A stretch of 64,000 nt of DNA from Geosiphon pyriformis uo1. Its lineage: Eukaryota; Fungi; Glomeromycota. Below are positions 40,506 to 53,128 of this stretch, in pieces; position 1 is the first letter of the stretch; the number at the start of each line of letters is the position of its first letter. The stretch is taken from positions 124,001 to 188,000 of the forward strand of contig JAAOMT010000684.1 in the NCBI GenBank assembly GCA_016748015.1, given 5' to 3'. The translations under genes and the position numbers were made by a program. A model generated the notes under the pieces. It did not search any database. It was not told where the DNA came from and worked only from the letters and a program-made list of their open reading frames with translations.

Positions 40506-41924
40506 TTACTTTGGACAGAAACCCATCATATGACCAAAATAAGGACCATTATGAGCAACACTACCTATATTAATATATTGATTATTGCATTCCTTTAAGA
40601 ATCAAAAGATTGTAAAATTCTTAAAAATTTTCAAGGCTGAAAAAAGCAAATTTTCTTTGAATTTACAACTTAAACTTGAAATCTTACCTGACTTTCATTT
40701 CTAATTCTTTTTATTCCATCAACTAAAGGTCCTTGACAAAACCAAACTTTCTCAATTATCTTCATTTTATCATTCCAAAATTTGTCGTCTCCATCTTTTT
40801 CACAATCACATTTATATACATGCTCAACCCAAAATTCATTCCGTTGATGTTTCCATATTAATGCTGAATTTTGTGACTGTTCACTGTAATCAAAGGGCAA
40901 TCTTGAAACAAAATCATCCCCAATTGTAATTCGAAAAGTTTTTAAAATTTTCTTGCCTATGGAATCAATATAATGAGAAAATGCCTGATCACCAAGACGA
41001 GGTTGTCCAAAAGTGTATACTTCAATTAGGAATGGAAATTTGGACGGAAGATGAGGTACAGTGAAACTTATTCCTGCGATCATTGCAAATGCTTGAAATA
41101 CAAATAATCTTTTATTCAGAATTGTCTTAATTCGAAAATATGAAACTTTAATTTAATAGACGTAATTCAAAAACGAAATGGAAATAATATTTTTATTTAC
41201 CTCCACCTAATCCATGCCCAATAAACATAGCCTTCTGAATTTTTTTGGTCCCTATTTCTTTCAAAATTTTTTGCTCAATATTTCCTCGAATAAGTCGAAA
41301 CTGATTTTGGAAAAACTTTTCAATTTTGATCATTCTAAGGTTATAATGTCTTGCCATCACAAATTTTTTCACTCGCCATTCATCAAGTGTATATTCGGAT
41401 TTAAAAGTGACAATTAGTATTTGTTTTTTATTGGTCATGTCTTTGATCGCTTTTGCCTTGACTAAAAAACGACAAATAGAATATTTATTAATGTCAATAT
41501 ACAGTATAAGAAATTTTTAAAGAAAAGTTACCATTTTACCAAAAACATCAAGACCAACGGCATCACGACTTTCTTGATTCATACAATACGAAAAACTCGC
41601 TTCTCTTGCAGAAAACTGTAAATTTGACAGTCTAACTTTAAATTGTTCTCCAATCAATTGAATTTTTGAACTTCCATCTTCTCTGAGGTTTAAATTGTTA
41701 AAATTTGATCTCTTTATTAGCAAAGTAGTTGAATTTTTGAAATAAAAATTTTGTAGTGATATTCTCTGTGTTGTATTAAGAATTTTTATCATTGATATTT
41801 CAATTTTAGATGTTAAACTTTTTTGAAGGAATCTTAAAGTTGATGATAAAAGATTGGATAATAAAATAATGAGAAGGCATATATTTAAAAATAATTTATA
41901 TTTCTTCAAGAATATGTTCATCAT
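40506..41924 (-). CDS. Class-3 lipase-fold protein lacking the catalytic Ser (4 exons)
   Basis: N-terminal hydrophobic segment, SYC, FIGHGLGG, YTFGQPRLGD, DFVSRLP, EFW; last exon ECNNQYINIGSVAHNGPYFGHMMGFCPK-stop. Confidence 0.87.
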
Positions 41925-43479
41925 TTGATGATTTAACGATTAAAAAAAGCTTTCTTGATATAATTTGCTGCATCTCACTATAAAATAAAGTTGTATTCAT
42001 TACAAAAATTTCAACTCTTATCATACGATTTAATGTTTGGTAATTTCAAAAATAAAGATCAAAGAACTTATCTAAACAAATTGTGTCAATTATTTATATG
42101 TGTACTAATAATAAAAATAAGATACGAGGTTTTCATTTATTGTTAAGATCGAATCAAGGTAGATTTATGGTGAAATTTTCTATGATTGAAAATATTCCTA
42201 AAATGCATACAATACAAGGTTAAATCATTATAATATATTTTACCAGGAATGTAAATAATTCTTTTTTTTTATAAATTCAACCGAAATCAAAAAATTTGGT
42301 TTAAAATACTTACACAAAAGATCAAGTTTTTTTTATGAAACATAACTTTTTTAATGATTTTACCAACTTAAAGGCAAGAAAGAATTGATATTTCAAAAGA
42401 ATACATATTTCCTTTTACTTTTTAGAAATTTTCAAATTTTAAGCTTGCAAGATTTTTTTCTCTTTATAACATGACTTTTGAATTAATATTTATTTGATAA
42501 AAATTTATATCATCAAATTATATTTGGAGATATTCCAAATTTATAACCTTTTCCTAATGTTCTTTTAAAAATTCGAATTTCTAATTGTTTTTAACTATTC
42601 ATATATGCAAAATGTGAATAAAAAAATTTATAAATTCACATCGAAAGTAAATTAAACCTCTTTTTTAAGGTTTCAGTATTTTTTTATCTCACTGATTGTC
42701 ATTCCCTAAAATATTTATTTGGTTCTATTATCAAAAAAAAAAAGTAATTACTTTGGTTTAAATTTTCTATTCAAATTTTCCAATAATATGCCTACTTAAA
42801 ATTTTTCATGTTTGCTGAGAAACACATGGATTTTTATTCAAAGCTTCTATGGTATTAGAGGATTTTGTTAAGTAACATGAAATGAGTAAAATATTTTAAC
42901 CTTTAGATTGTAGCTCCAAAATTATTTTATCTTTGCCAAGAAAAATCCTCACAAGGTGTATATTACTTTCGGGTTATCTTAAACAAGGACATCCAAAAAC
43001 TCACATCGTCTAACAAAAATCTGAGAATCTGCATTAGGACGTTCATTTTGCTTAAGGGCTGAAGATAGCCGATGGTTACAAAAGAGTTTTTGAGTTTCAA
43101 GAGATCTTCACACCCGTTAACCTATTTCGACAAAAGAAATTATCACAAAATGCAAAGCGGGTCATTGATGTTGTATTTTATTATTCTGAAACGGGGATTA
43201 AAAAATTTGTCATCTTTCATTGAAGTTATACAATGTAAACTTCGTCATCATTAGCTATACTAAGTCATCAAGACTTACCCGTTTGAGCCTTTTTTTACCT
43301 AAGAAAAATAGGGAACACTTAAAATTTTTAAATTCATAATAAACATTTTAAAAGGAGCTTTTTCGGGTAAAAAAATGGAATGCAATTATTTCACATGTTC
43401 AACTTAATTTTCTATATTTATCTTTCACAAAAAACCGCACTAGACTTTTGCAAACTTCCAAAACAGATCAAGAAACAAT

Positions 43480-44866
43480 ATGTTTAAAGGATTAGCTATT
43501 TTTTATTTATTGCTTCTTACGGTCTCTGAAGGAATCCCACCACTTCCCGGAAACTGGCCACTTTATGATCTATCCCCACCCCCAGTAAACGCATGGAATG
43601 ATCTTGTTAATTTAACAGCTTTATCAAGAATTTCTTTAGGGGGAGAAACTTGTCCATTAAAAGATAATTATTGTAGCTGGAGGTGTGGTGCAAAATGTAC
43701 TCGTGATACCGATATTGTAGTTTGCCCACAGAAGAAAGGTATTAAAAAGAATGAAATTCGGATTATAATTTAGATTAGGTTTAAAGTATTTGCTGACTTT
43801 TTCCTTTACAATTTTACTTTTATTCATAATTAGATTGGGGTTTAAGGTAAAATTCACTTTTTAAATAAAAATTAGAATTAGTAAACTTTGAACTTTGCCC
43901 TGATAGATGTAAAGCTAACAATTTTTATAAATTTTATTTACATTCTCAAAAAGTTTTGACGATGGCCCATCGTAAGTTCATTTAATCTTTATGTATAAAG
44001 AATAAAGTCCTAAAAACTTAACAAATTTCATCTAATTGCTTTTCTGAAGAAACTTCACTTTGACTCTATTAAATTATTTAGCTTCACAAAAGATTAAGAC
44101 AACTTTTTTTGTTCTGGGCTCACGAGTAGTTGAATACCCACAAATTCTAAAGCAAGCCTATGATGCAGGTAAAATTTATTAATATTAAGCTCCTCGGTTT
44201 TTTATCCTTCAATCTCAATTATCAATCTAATACTATATAACACTCATAGGACATGAAATTGCTGTCCATACGTGGTCACACGCAAAATTAACAACCCAAA
44301 CAAATGAACAAATAATCGCAGAAATTAAATGGACAGAATTAGCAATCCAGAAGGCTATTGGAGTTACTCCAAGATTTATGCGTCCTCCTTATGGGGATAT
44401 TGACGATCGAGTGAGATCTATCCTTAAACAACTGAATTATACACCTGTTATTTGGGATTCAGACACAAAAGATTGGACATCAATTTCAGATAAACAATTC
44501 GATTTTAATTGGATTGAAGGAAATTTCTCGGATTGGACAAAAATTGTTTCTAATCAAGGTCATATTTCTCTTCAACATGACTTGTATCAACAAACCGTGA
44601 CTCAAGTACCCCAAGTATTATCGATATTAAAAAATGCTGGCTACAATATAATTTCGATTGCTAACTGTGTTGATCGTCAACCTTATCAAGAAAATGGAGT
44701 ATCATTGGATTCATCTGTTACGAATGTGACTTCAACAATACAAAACACTTCACCAACTAACTCACCCTTGGACAATCACATTTCTAGTGCAAATTTAATT
44801 CTTAATCACTGGATTACATTAAACATTTTTATACAATTTGGCATTATATTTTTTTTGTATATTTAA
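43480..44866 (+). CDS. Chitin deacetylase (CE4/NodB domain), secreted, probably GPI-anchored
   Basis: Signal peptide; WGLSFDDGP assembled from micro-exons 43834-43846 and 43954-43971; HTWSH, MRPPYG, LQHD; S/T-rich linker and hydrophobic tail. Confidence 0.95.
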
Positions 44867-45311
44867 AACATCTAGAAACTTTAAAATTAGAAAGATTATG
44901 TTTAATATCTAATATTCTTAATTAATTGGGATATCATAGATTTCTTCAAAGTATAGAGTAATACAACTAAAAACAAATTTATTAGAATCTAAATTTTAAC
45001 AAGTTCATTATTTTAAAAAAAATGCTAATCTTGGTAAATAATTATTTGATTTTCAAATTGTAATAATCTTTATTTTGATTAATTTGGTTATAAAACTGAT
45101 ATTTATTAATTTTAATATTAATTTTAACAGTTAAAAAAATAAAATCTTTCAATATGATGCATTTTATGACAAAAAAATATGTTGTTTTCTAAATTTTAAA
45201 AAAATATATTATTTAATAAAATTTCATACCTAATACTTTTATATATAAATTTTTCTTGAAAAATGGCTTTATTATTTATAAATTGTATTTTCATGTTTTA
45301 ATATATATATA

Positions 45312-45726
45312 CTATGGAGGCTTCTGAAGTTTTTAGTGATAAGTCTGAGGCTGTTATGGGGATCGTTAATTTTGTACGAGATTTCGCGATCCAACACAGA
45401 TCGGACGTGTGGGTGCCTAACGCCGCCCTGAGACGGTTTTACGAGACCAATAGTCTGCTACCGACAGAAGATAAATGTACCTTCGGTTATGGGTGACCTG
45501 TCTTGTGAGATTTCAGATGCGGATGTTCGTATTTTGGGTTTTAGTCGGGGGATTTCGGTTAATTTTGGTATCAACTTTCCGTTAGCTTTACTGTCGTTCG
45601 ATTTTTGCGGTGGCACCTGTGCCACTCGCGTTATTAGGGTGTAGGGCCGCCTTGTCCGGCTCGAGTGGCTGGTCACGTGTAGAAAACGCATGAGCCACTC
45701 GTAAAATAAAATAAAATAAAATAAAA
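45312..45726 (+). mobile_element. 5'-truncated non-LTR retrotransposon 3' end inserted in a (TA)n tract
   Basis: GC-rich ~410 bp island, 3' stem-loop CGAGTGGCT/AGCCACTCG, (TAAAA)5 tail, (TA)n on both sides. Confidence 0.75.
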
Positions 45727-46166
45727 TATATATATATATTAATCATTTATTTAAGATATTGATCTGTTCAAAGTTTTCAAAAACAACATTTAGTCACTCT
45801 CTTGTTCTCTAACGTTCATATAATAAATACGCATAATCCAAAGTAGATATTATCGACGATTCATTTTGTTGACAGTTTTAGAATAAAAAACACAATGTTA
45901 TTTCAAAATTATCATATTTCCTGATATTAATTTAGTTAAACCTAAAGTTTCTTTGAGGAATATAATGATTCTTAAATCTTTAGTTTTATATACAAAGGTG
46001 TGTTTGAATTGCTTCTCGGTATTTTAAGTATACTATATAAACATGAATCAAATCGGAAAATAGCAAATATGTTGGCCATCCGAGAATCATAAATCATCAA
46101 TTTACATTTAGTTATGGCTTCGTCTTTCAAAAACATAGACCATTAAATGCAATCAATTTAATTAAG

Positions 46167-48239
46167 TCAAACCTCGGAAAAAGCTGGAATAAATTGTGCT
46201 CGGGTGATTTGACTATCCCTCATTGGATGAGATCGTGTCTCTTCTCTTTGCCGCGCAGAGCTAGTCTCTGAATTTTCAGAACCAGATCTAGTTGTCGTAT
46301 CTGAATTTTCCACAACAGCTCGAGGTACCTGAGTATATAGATGACTCGATGTTAAAGACGAGCCATCTACATCTCTAAATTGTCGTAAGAAACTTGCATC
46401 GGCCACAAAATCTCTTAAAAAAAGTTCAAGGGAATCGTATCGCCTTTGCAAATGAAGAATATACTGATTCAAAGTATCAGTATCTGAAGTAATTGGATAT
46501 TGAAGACGGGTATTATCATACATGGGAAGCACAGGAAACAATTCACGTATTTGTCGGTTTGTCTTTTTAGCGAAACAACAACCATAAAAGTGAATAAGGC
46601 CCCAAGGTTGAATCAATTCATTACCTGATAAAACTTGGTTATCACAAGCATACTAAAAAAATCAATCAAAAACGGTTAAAAAAGTAAACCTTTTACCAAA
46701 GATCATTGTATATATTAACTTCATTAGACACAAAGCTCCACCAAATAAAGCAAATAAATTTACAACCTATAAAAAGAAATTTTGAATATTAAATTTTTAA
46801 TCATTGTGAACATTCTCATTTTGGAAAATTCATTTGCTTACCGTGTGACACCTGAACATCTCGAAAAAAAAAAATTAATTAATTTTGCGTAGGATTTTTT
46901 AGTTTTGTTTGATTCATTTAATTTTGAATTATTACATAAAGTACCTCTCTTCGGTCTCTACATTAACCAAAAATGTTTTTGGAATAAGTGAAAGCCGGGC
47001 AAAGTATAATGAATCAGTGATATTTTCTCTCAGAGATCCACTCTCTGTAACAGAATAAATGAAGATGAGCTTAAATTATGTATAAAAATTATGTAAAGTA
47101 AAACATATAAATCATAATAAGTAACCTAGGGAAGTAGTTATGTAAGGAAGAAGAATCTGATTTTTTGTTTGGATTCCTAACGTTTCCAATCCTTTAGAGT
47201 ATATTCGCTTTTTGATTGTCCGAGCGAAAACGAGAATATATGCCTAAAAAGTTGAACACGAAGAGAAAATTCTGAATAAAATTATAGGTTTTGGGTTTAC
47301 ATTCAAAATTTATCAATCAATCAATTAATCAATCAATCAATTAATCAATCAATCAATTAATCAATCAATCAATTAATTAATCAATTAATCAATTAATGAA
47401 TGAAAAAGCCCACCTGACGATATATCAAATAATGTGAATTTTTTGAAAAAAGAGTTCGCCCAAATTGTTTATTTGAGCCCAAATTTTGTATCTTGAAGGG
47501 ATTAAGTTCTTCAATGAAATCAAATCAAGCAGAAGATGAGTTTCGAAAATCATTGAAAATCTAAAAATCTCTTTTTTCTAAAAGTTTTACCTCGATCATA
47601 TGCTGAAAGAAGAATGGGACTTTGAGTATCTATACTTGAGTTGTAAGCTGGGTCTGTAAGGAAAAAATAAAAAGTAGTTCCTAGAATTCCTTTGGGATCA
47701 AGTTTTTTTGGCTTAATATTGATAGTATGGCCAACAGTAAAATTTCCAATATAGGCTTGGTCATCTTTATTAAAAATAGGTTGATTTATATACTGGTTGC
47801 AAATATTATCCCTCAAATTATCTTCGCTTTCATCTAATAAAAATTTTTTGGATACATTTATTTTAATCAAATTTCAAAGTTACCCCAAAAAGTTTTTCAA
47901 ACTCTACTCACCATTGTAATTGAACACACAACTTATTTTAAATGAGGTCCTGAATCTCATAAATAAATCTGCGTATTCATTTGTTAAAAAATGAAATTTT
48001 TATATATAAAATCGTGTTATTTGTATAAAGAGAAAAGTGACACTACCTGGTATTGGTAATTCCAAACTCCAAAAGTTTGTAAAGCGAACAAGTTTTATAT
48101 CATTTAAAATTCCAGTAATCAAAATGATGAGGTACCCACAAATGCAAACAAGAAAAGTGAATTTTACTACAAATCGAACCACTGTGATGGAAATGTGCTC
48201 CCTTGAACGATATTTTTGAAAATAATGTTTTAAATCCAT
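46167..48239 (-). CDS. Two-TM membrane protein, PAC(TMEM206)/DEG-ENaC-like architecture, paralogue A (multi-exon)
   Basis: TM1 ...FLVCICGYLIILITGIL then LELPIP; Cys-containing beta-rich loop; LIPKTFLVNVETEERCHT; TM2 VVNLLLLFGGALCLMKLIYTMIFG; PWG..CC; LQRRYDSLELFLRDFV. The gene is well supported, but the channel assignment is inference. Confidence 0.75.
47312..47400. repeat. (TCAA/TTAA)n tetranucleotide array within an intron
   Basis: atcaatcaatcaatta units repeated. Confidence 0.9.
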
Positions 48240-49615
48240 GAATTTGAATGAAATATTTTTAAATTGTTTGGTAAAATTTTTCAAAAGAACAAAAACAAGT
48301 GAAAATAATTTTCTTGAGAATAAATATTCTGCTTAAATTGATTTATAACAGGAATTTCTTCTTTTAGATATCGAATTAGGAATACTTGTAATAATAATTA
48401 CTATTTCCTAGTAACTTGCTAACCTCTTTGTGACAATCCTTTGTTTAATTGAGAAATTAATTGAAATTAATATTGTATTACTCTATCCAAAGATTGATGT
48501 TGATCATACCTTTAATAATACTGCTCCCTATTTTCTTATTCTAGAAATTAAATGACATCTATCATGTGCATCGGCCAAATATTACCTGTGTTGGAATGTA
48601 AACCCTATTTTCTGATATTTGAAAGGATAAAATGACATCTATAATCAGATATTGACCCTTTTTTGTTAGAAAGGGATGTACCATTTCGATTGTTCTAATC
48701 ATATTTATAGACAAAGTAAAAAGATTTAACTCTATTCGGAAGAAACTTTTTGCCAACATAAAAAATTTATTATTATTATTAATGAAAGGAGAACGTTCTG
48801 ACTTATATATAAATTGTCCTGGAAAGGAAATTTATATTTGAGCAAAAGTTTCAAATACTCCTTAATTAGAAAGGAACCTCAATTTAGTTTTTTTATTTAT
48901 GAAAAAGGAACTATCCCCGATATGTATTCGAATGACAAGTGAAATAAATTTTAATAATTTTTTAGTTAAAAGAATTATTTAAATTTGTGATTTTTCATAT
49001 TTATGAATATTCATTTCTTCGCTTTTTTGTAAAGTTTCAAAATTTAAGTGTCATTAATTAGTTTTTATTAATTCTTATGTCTTTTTTTTTCATTAAGTAA
49101 AAAGTCAAGAATTAAATACTTTAAACATATTAAAATGGATAGGTCTGCTGCTGCGGTTTTCTTGAACCTTAATCCTTTAGACTTAAAATAAAAAATTAGG
49201 GGTTATTTTGAATAAAATAGTTTAATAGATGAGTTACAGCTTTCACAATAAATCAATCATGAAAATTTTCTTTTGGACCGAGAAAAAGAAATTTTATAAG
49301 GTTAAGTTCTAGGATCATATTTATTCAGATATGGTAAGTCCCAGAGACTTGAAATTTTTTCAATAAAAATAAATAAAACTAAACGATTACATCGACAAGA
49401 GCATTCAAAAGATATTGAGTTTTTCATAATGATATTGCATATAGAATATTTTACATATTTATTTTCTTTGTAATTTAACTCATATTTATACAAAACTACA
49501 GAGATTCTATACATTTTTACAGATATATATTTTAAACGAAACACAACAGAACAGAACAGAACATGAATAAAATGATAGTAATTTTTTATCGAGAATATAA
49601 TTTTTTTCTTGAATT

Positions 49616-50872
49616 TTAAGATGAAACAGTTGGCTGAAATTGCCCTAAAAAAGCAGTATTACCGTAATTTTCAAATGATTCAATTGGCAGTGAGGGTAAC
49701 TTTATTGTTGATGATTCTTGTGAACAGAGAGTGTCAAAAAAATTGGAGGGAAATTCGTCAATGGTTAAAGTGTCTTCGTCAATCTCAGCCTCAATTGTAG
49801 TGGATTCATGATCGGTTTGAGAAACAAGAGATTGTTTTCGAGATGGTACCGGAGTACTTGTACCCCAAACGTGATTTCCTAAACAGACTCCCAAAGGATA
49901 GGGTGATTCATAGAAGTGAGATTGATTATTTAAAATCGGAGGAAGCAGACAGTAATGGGTATGTATTAATTGTGGCGCTGACGCTGACGCTCGAGAAGAA
50001 ATGGGAGATTTAAAAATTGGAGCCAAGTTAATATTACAGTTTGGAACATCCTTTGACCAGCAGTGAATGTTTTCATCAACCAATTTATTGCCATTAAATG
50101 AAATATTGGAATAAATATTTGAATAGATTGGAGCAATATTTGAAGAATGAGATTCTTGAAAATCATTGATTGAAGTTTGTGAATGCTGAGAAGATTCAAA
50201 AAATCCTTCCGAAAGTTGAATGATTGGAGAGGTTGAGGCTGAGCAGGAGATATCTTGGTGAAAAATCGAATGTTGATTGGTTGAGTGTTCGGTAGAAAGC
50301 GAAAAATTTTCGTTTGGAATGGATCCAAAATTAGAGCTAAGATTTGGGGATAACATTTTTCGTTGAGCAATTGGACGGGCCAGAGCTAAGGGATCAATGT
50401 AAAAGTTCGATCCTTGGGTGATAGTGTTTGAGAAATCATTGATTTCCTGTTGGGAAGGATGATAGTATTCTTGGTTTGATAAGATATATTGTTCTGAGCC
50501 ACGACGAAGATAAAGTTTTTCCGCTTGCAAGGATAAACGCGTGTAAGTATCTTTAACAAACTCTGATTCTTGTTTCCAAGAACGTGAAATCATTGGACTA
50601 AGCTCAGTCATAGAAAGATGAATTCCCTGACTCTTGAGATATTGAACATACTCTGCTCGATAGATGATAAAGGCGTTCGGAAACCGTGCTAAGGTTTTTT
50701 TGGTAGAAATTTTTGAGACCAATCGTTCGGCATCAGTAATTGGAGGAAAAGGTAGAGGAATAGGGGGCAAAACAGTTGTTGGTTTTTTCGTTGCAAACCT
50801 CAATCTATGTTGCATCGTACCGTTTTTTTTATTTGAACCGCCCTGTCTTTTGGTTTCTTTCATGTTTGGCAT
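49616..50872 (-). CDS. MATA-type HMG-box transcription factor (fourth, divergent; intronless, 418 aa)
   Basis: PFPPITDAERL...RFPNAFIIYR...LSPMISRSW...VKDTY; long Ser-rich tail. Confidence 0.92.
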   Translation of the reverse strand: MPNMKETKRQGGSNKKNGTMQHRLRFATKKPTTVLPPIPLPFPPITDAERLVSKISTKKTLARFPNAFIIYRAEYVQYLKSQGIHLSMTELSPMISRSWKQESEFVKDTYTRLSLQAEKLYLRRGSEQYILSNQEYYHPSQQEINDFSNTITQGSNFYIDPLALARPIAQRKMLSPNLSSNFGSIPNENFSLSTEHSTNQHSIFHQDISCSASTSPIIQLSEGFFESSQHSQTSINDFQESHSSNIAPIYSNIYSNISFNGNKLVDENIHCWSKDVPNCNINLAPIFKSPISSRASASAPQLIHTHYCLLPPILNNQSHFYESPYPLGVCLGNHVWGTSTPVPSRKQSLVSQTDHESTTIEAEIDEDTLTIDEFPSNFFDTLCSQESSTIKLPSLPIESFENYGNTAFLGQFQPTVSS

Positions 50873-51090
50873 TTGATAAAGCTTTAGATTTTTTGTCTTA
50901 ACTTACGGCAAATTTGATCTTCACTTTTTATTTTGAGTAAAAGGAGGAGTGAAGAAAAAAAAAAGCAAAGGAAAGGAGATGGTCTTTATATAAGATATTT
51001 TGATGCAGATAAGACAATGAAATAAATGTGAAATGTATAGAATAAATATATATTTGAACATGCACTAGGTTTTCAATTACTTGCTCTAAA

Positions 51091-51183
51091 TTTATTATTA
51101 TTATTTATTATTATTATTATTATTTATTATTTATTATTTATTATTTATTATTTATTATTTATTATTTATTATTATTTATTATT
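51091..51183. repeat. (TTATTAT)n-like low-complexity repeat upstream of the fourth HMG gene
   Basis: Tandem ttattat units. Confidence 0.85.
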
Positions 51184-52062
51184 GTTGTTATGATCGTTAT
51201 TATTAAATTTCTCTTTAGAATTGATCGTGAGTACCTTCAAGTTTTTACTTTCCTTTCGTTGATTTGTGACATATAAATTTTTATTGTAATATTTTTAACA
51301 TGATCTTTTTTGAATTCAAAGATTGCCATTTCGGATTTTTTTAATTTTAGTTTAGATTCAATGGGCTATAATTAGAGAGTTCTTTAAATTTTTAAGAGCA
51401 TTTATGGGAAAAGAATATCAAATTCAAACCTGTTTTTTTTTATTGTCCAGTACTACTAATGATTTTTTTACAACAATGGGCTTCCTTTCATTGAAGTCAT
51501 TGATTTTAAAAAAGACTGAAATAAATCTGGTGACGTTTTTTTTTGTGACACCTTAAAATGAAAGGGGTTAACCAATTCTGAAGAGTAAAATAATTTGAAA
51601 AAGGATTATATATAATTTTTTGATAAGAGAAAAAAAAATTTCTCATTTTATATGAAAACACCATTTTGTATTCTGAAATATAATATTTCTTTGTATTTAC
51701 AATTGTAATTTCTGATGTTTAATTTTACATAATTAACCGGTAAGATTTCTAGAAAAGGGGGTGGTGGAGTACACGATTCAAGGATCCTAAACTAAAATTA
51801 TTTTTAGAATAATGTAATTGATTTTGAGTTTTTTTAACAAATTCATAATTAGTTTACTGAAGATCACATCATTTTGATTTAATCATTTCTTTTGTTTCAC
51901 AAAAGAGTTAAACCTTTTAAATGATAAATTTTATTTAGGTTGATAAAAGATATGTATTACTTTTATTTTTGTAATTGTACCTTTTTGCTTATTTTATGAC
52001 CGTGCTGCGTTACCAATTTATTTTCAAAACGAAAATGTATTCTTTGTATGGGGTAAACAGTT

Positions 52063-52063
<1 letters not shown>

Positions 52064-52107
<44 letters not shown>
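52064..52107. repeat. Poly-T run (~44 nt)
   Basis: Uninterrupted T homopolymer. Confidence 0.95.
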
Positions 52108-52114
<7 letters not shown>

Positions 52115-53085
52115 CATTAAAAAATTTGAATTGTTTCTTTCTCAAAAGTTTAATGAGATTGTATTAAAAGTTGAATGATGTTTTCTAAATAAATTGTTCT
52201 TTCGTATCCTGGTGAAACCATGTCCCCCATTTCGAATTTTAAAAAAAAAAACTGGAATATTGTTTTGAAAATAGACTGAATTTATTAATAGAGATTTTTA
52301 TATATATAACTCTGCTTTATTTATTTAAACCAGTTGCGCGCAGGATTAACGTATAATATAATATATATATATATATATTTTTATATTTCGATTTAATAAA
52401 TCGTTTTCAAAAAGTCTCGGTGATTTAATTTCAAAAAAAAAAAGATGAGTTTTACGCTTTAGTCTAATGTAATATCAAAATTAAGCGCCAAAATCGGCAA
52501 AATCTAGACACATGTGACATAATACTATACATAAATAGATACGAAATTTGACGATTTATTCCGAAAATAATTTCAAATGGGTTTCCAAAAAAGTTTGGTT
52601 CCAAAAAACATTTTTAGATGTTTTTTCTGCAAGACGAAATGTGAGTTTCCCGAAATAGTTTTTCCCAGATTTGATCTAATTTTTAATTTTTTTTTTTTCA
52701 AGTCTTTTTTGAATGAATATTAAGGATAACCCCCGAGTAAAACGAAATTTTTTGTAACAAAAATAAATAAATGAAATTTGGTTTCTATTTGGAAAATTTT
52801 ATTTCTGATAAAAATTTATCAAAAATGAGTATTAAAAAAATAATAATCAAACTGATGATCTTATAAATATTAATAAACTCACATTTGCATGAGACTATGC
52901 AAAGTGAAGTCTCTAGCGGATCATTAAGTTAAATTTAGACTAATATGTTTTAGTTATATTATCATTGTGAATGGTAATAGAAAAGAACCTTGAATAAAAT
53001 TGTTCCGTTACGCCCTCCAACAGATTTTTTTTTCCAACTTATTCTTTATGAAGAAAATCCCCCAAGTCTAAATTTGAGTTCTAGA

Positions 53086-53088
<3 letters not shown>

Positions 53089-53128
<40 letters not shown>
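53089..53128. repeat. (ATT)n microsatellite
   Basis: Direct reading. Confidence 0.92.

Noticed and set aside
47312-47400. Periodic repeat as a CRISPR-like array
   Set aside because: Simple intronic tetranucleotide repeat with no spacers, in a eukaryotic context.
51975-52178. Poly-Phe ORF
   Set aside because: Artefact of the T homopolymer.
52918-52927. GGATCATTA resembling the 18S/ITS1 junction
   Set aside because: Only 9 nt match, and no flanking 18S or 5.8S sequence is present.
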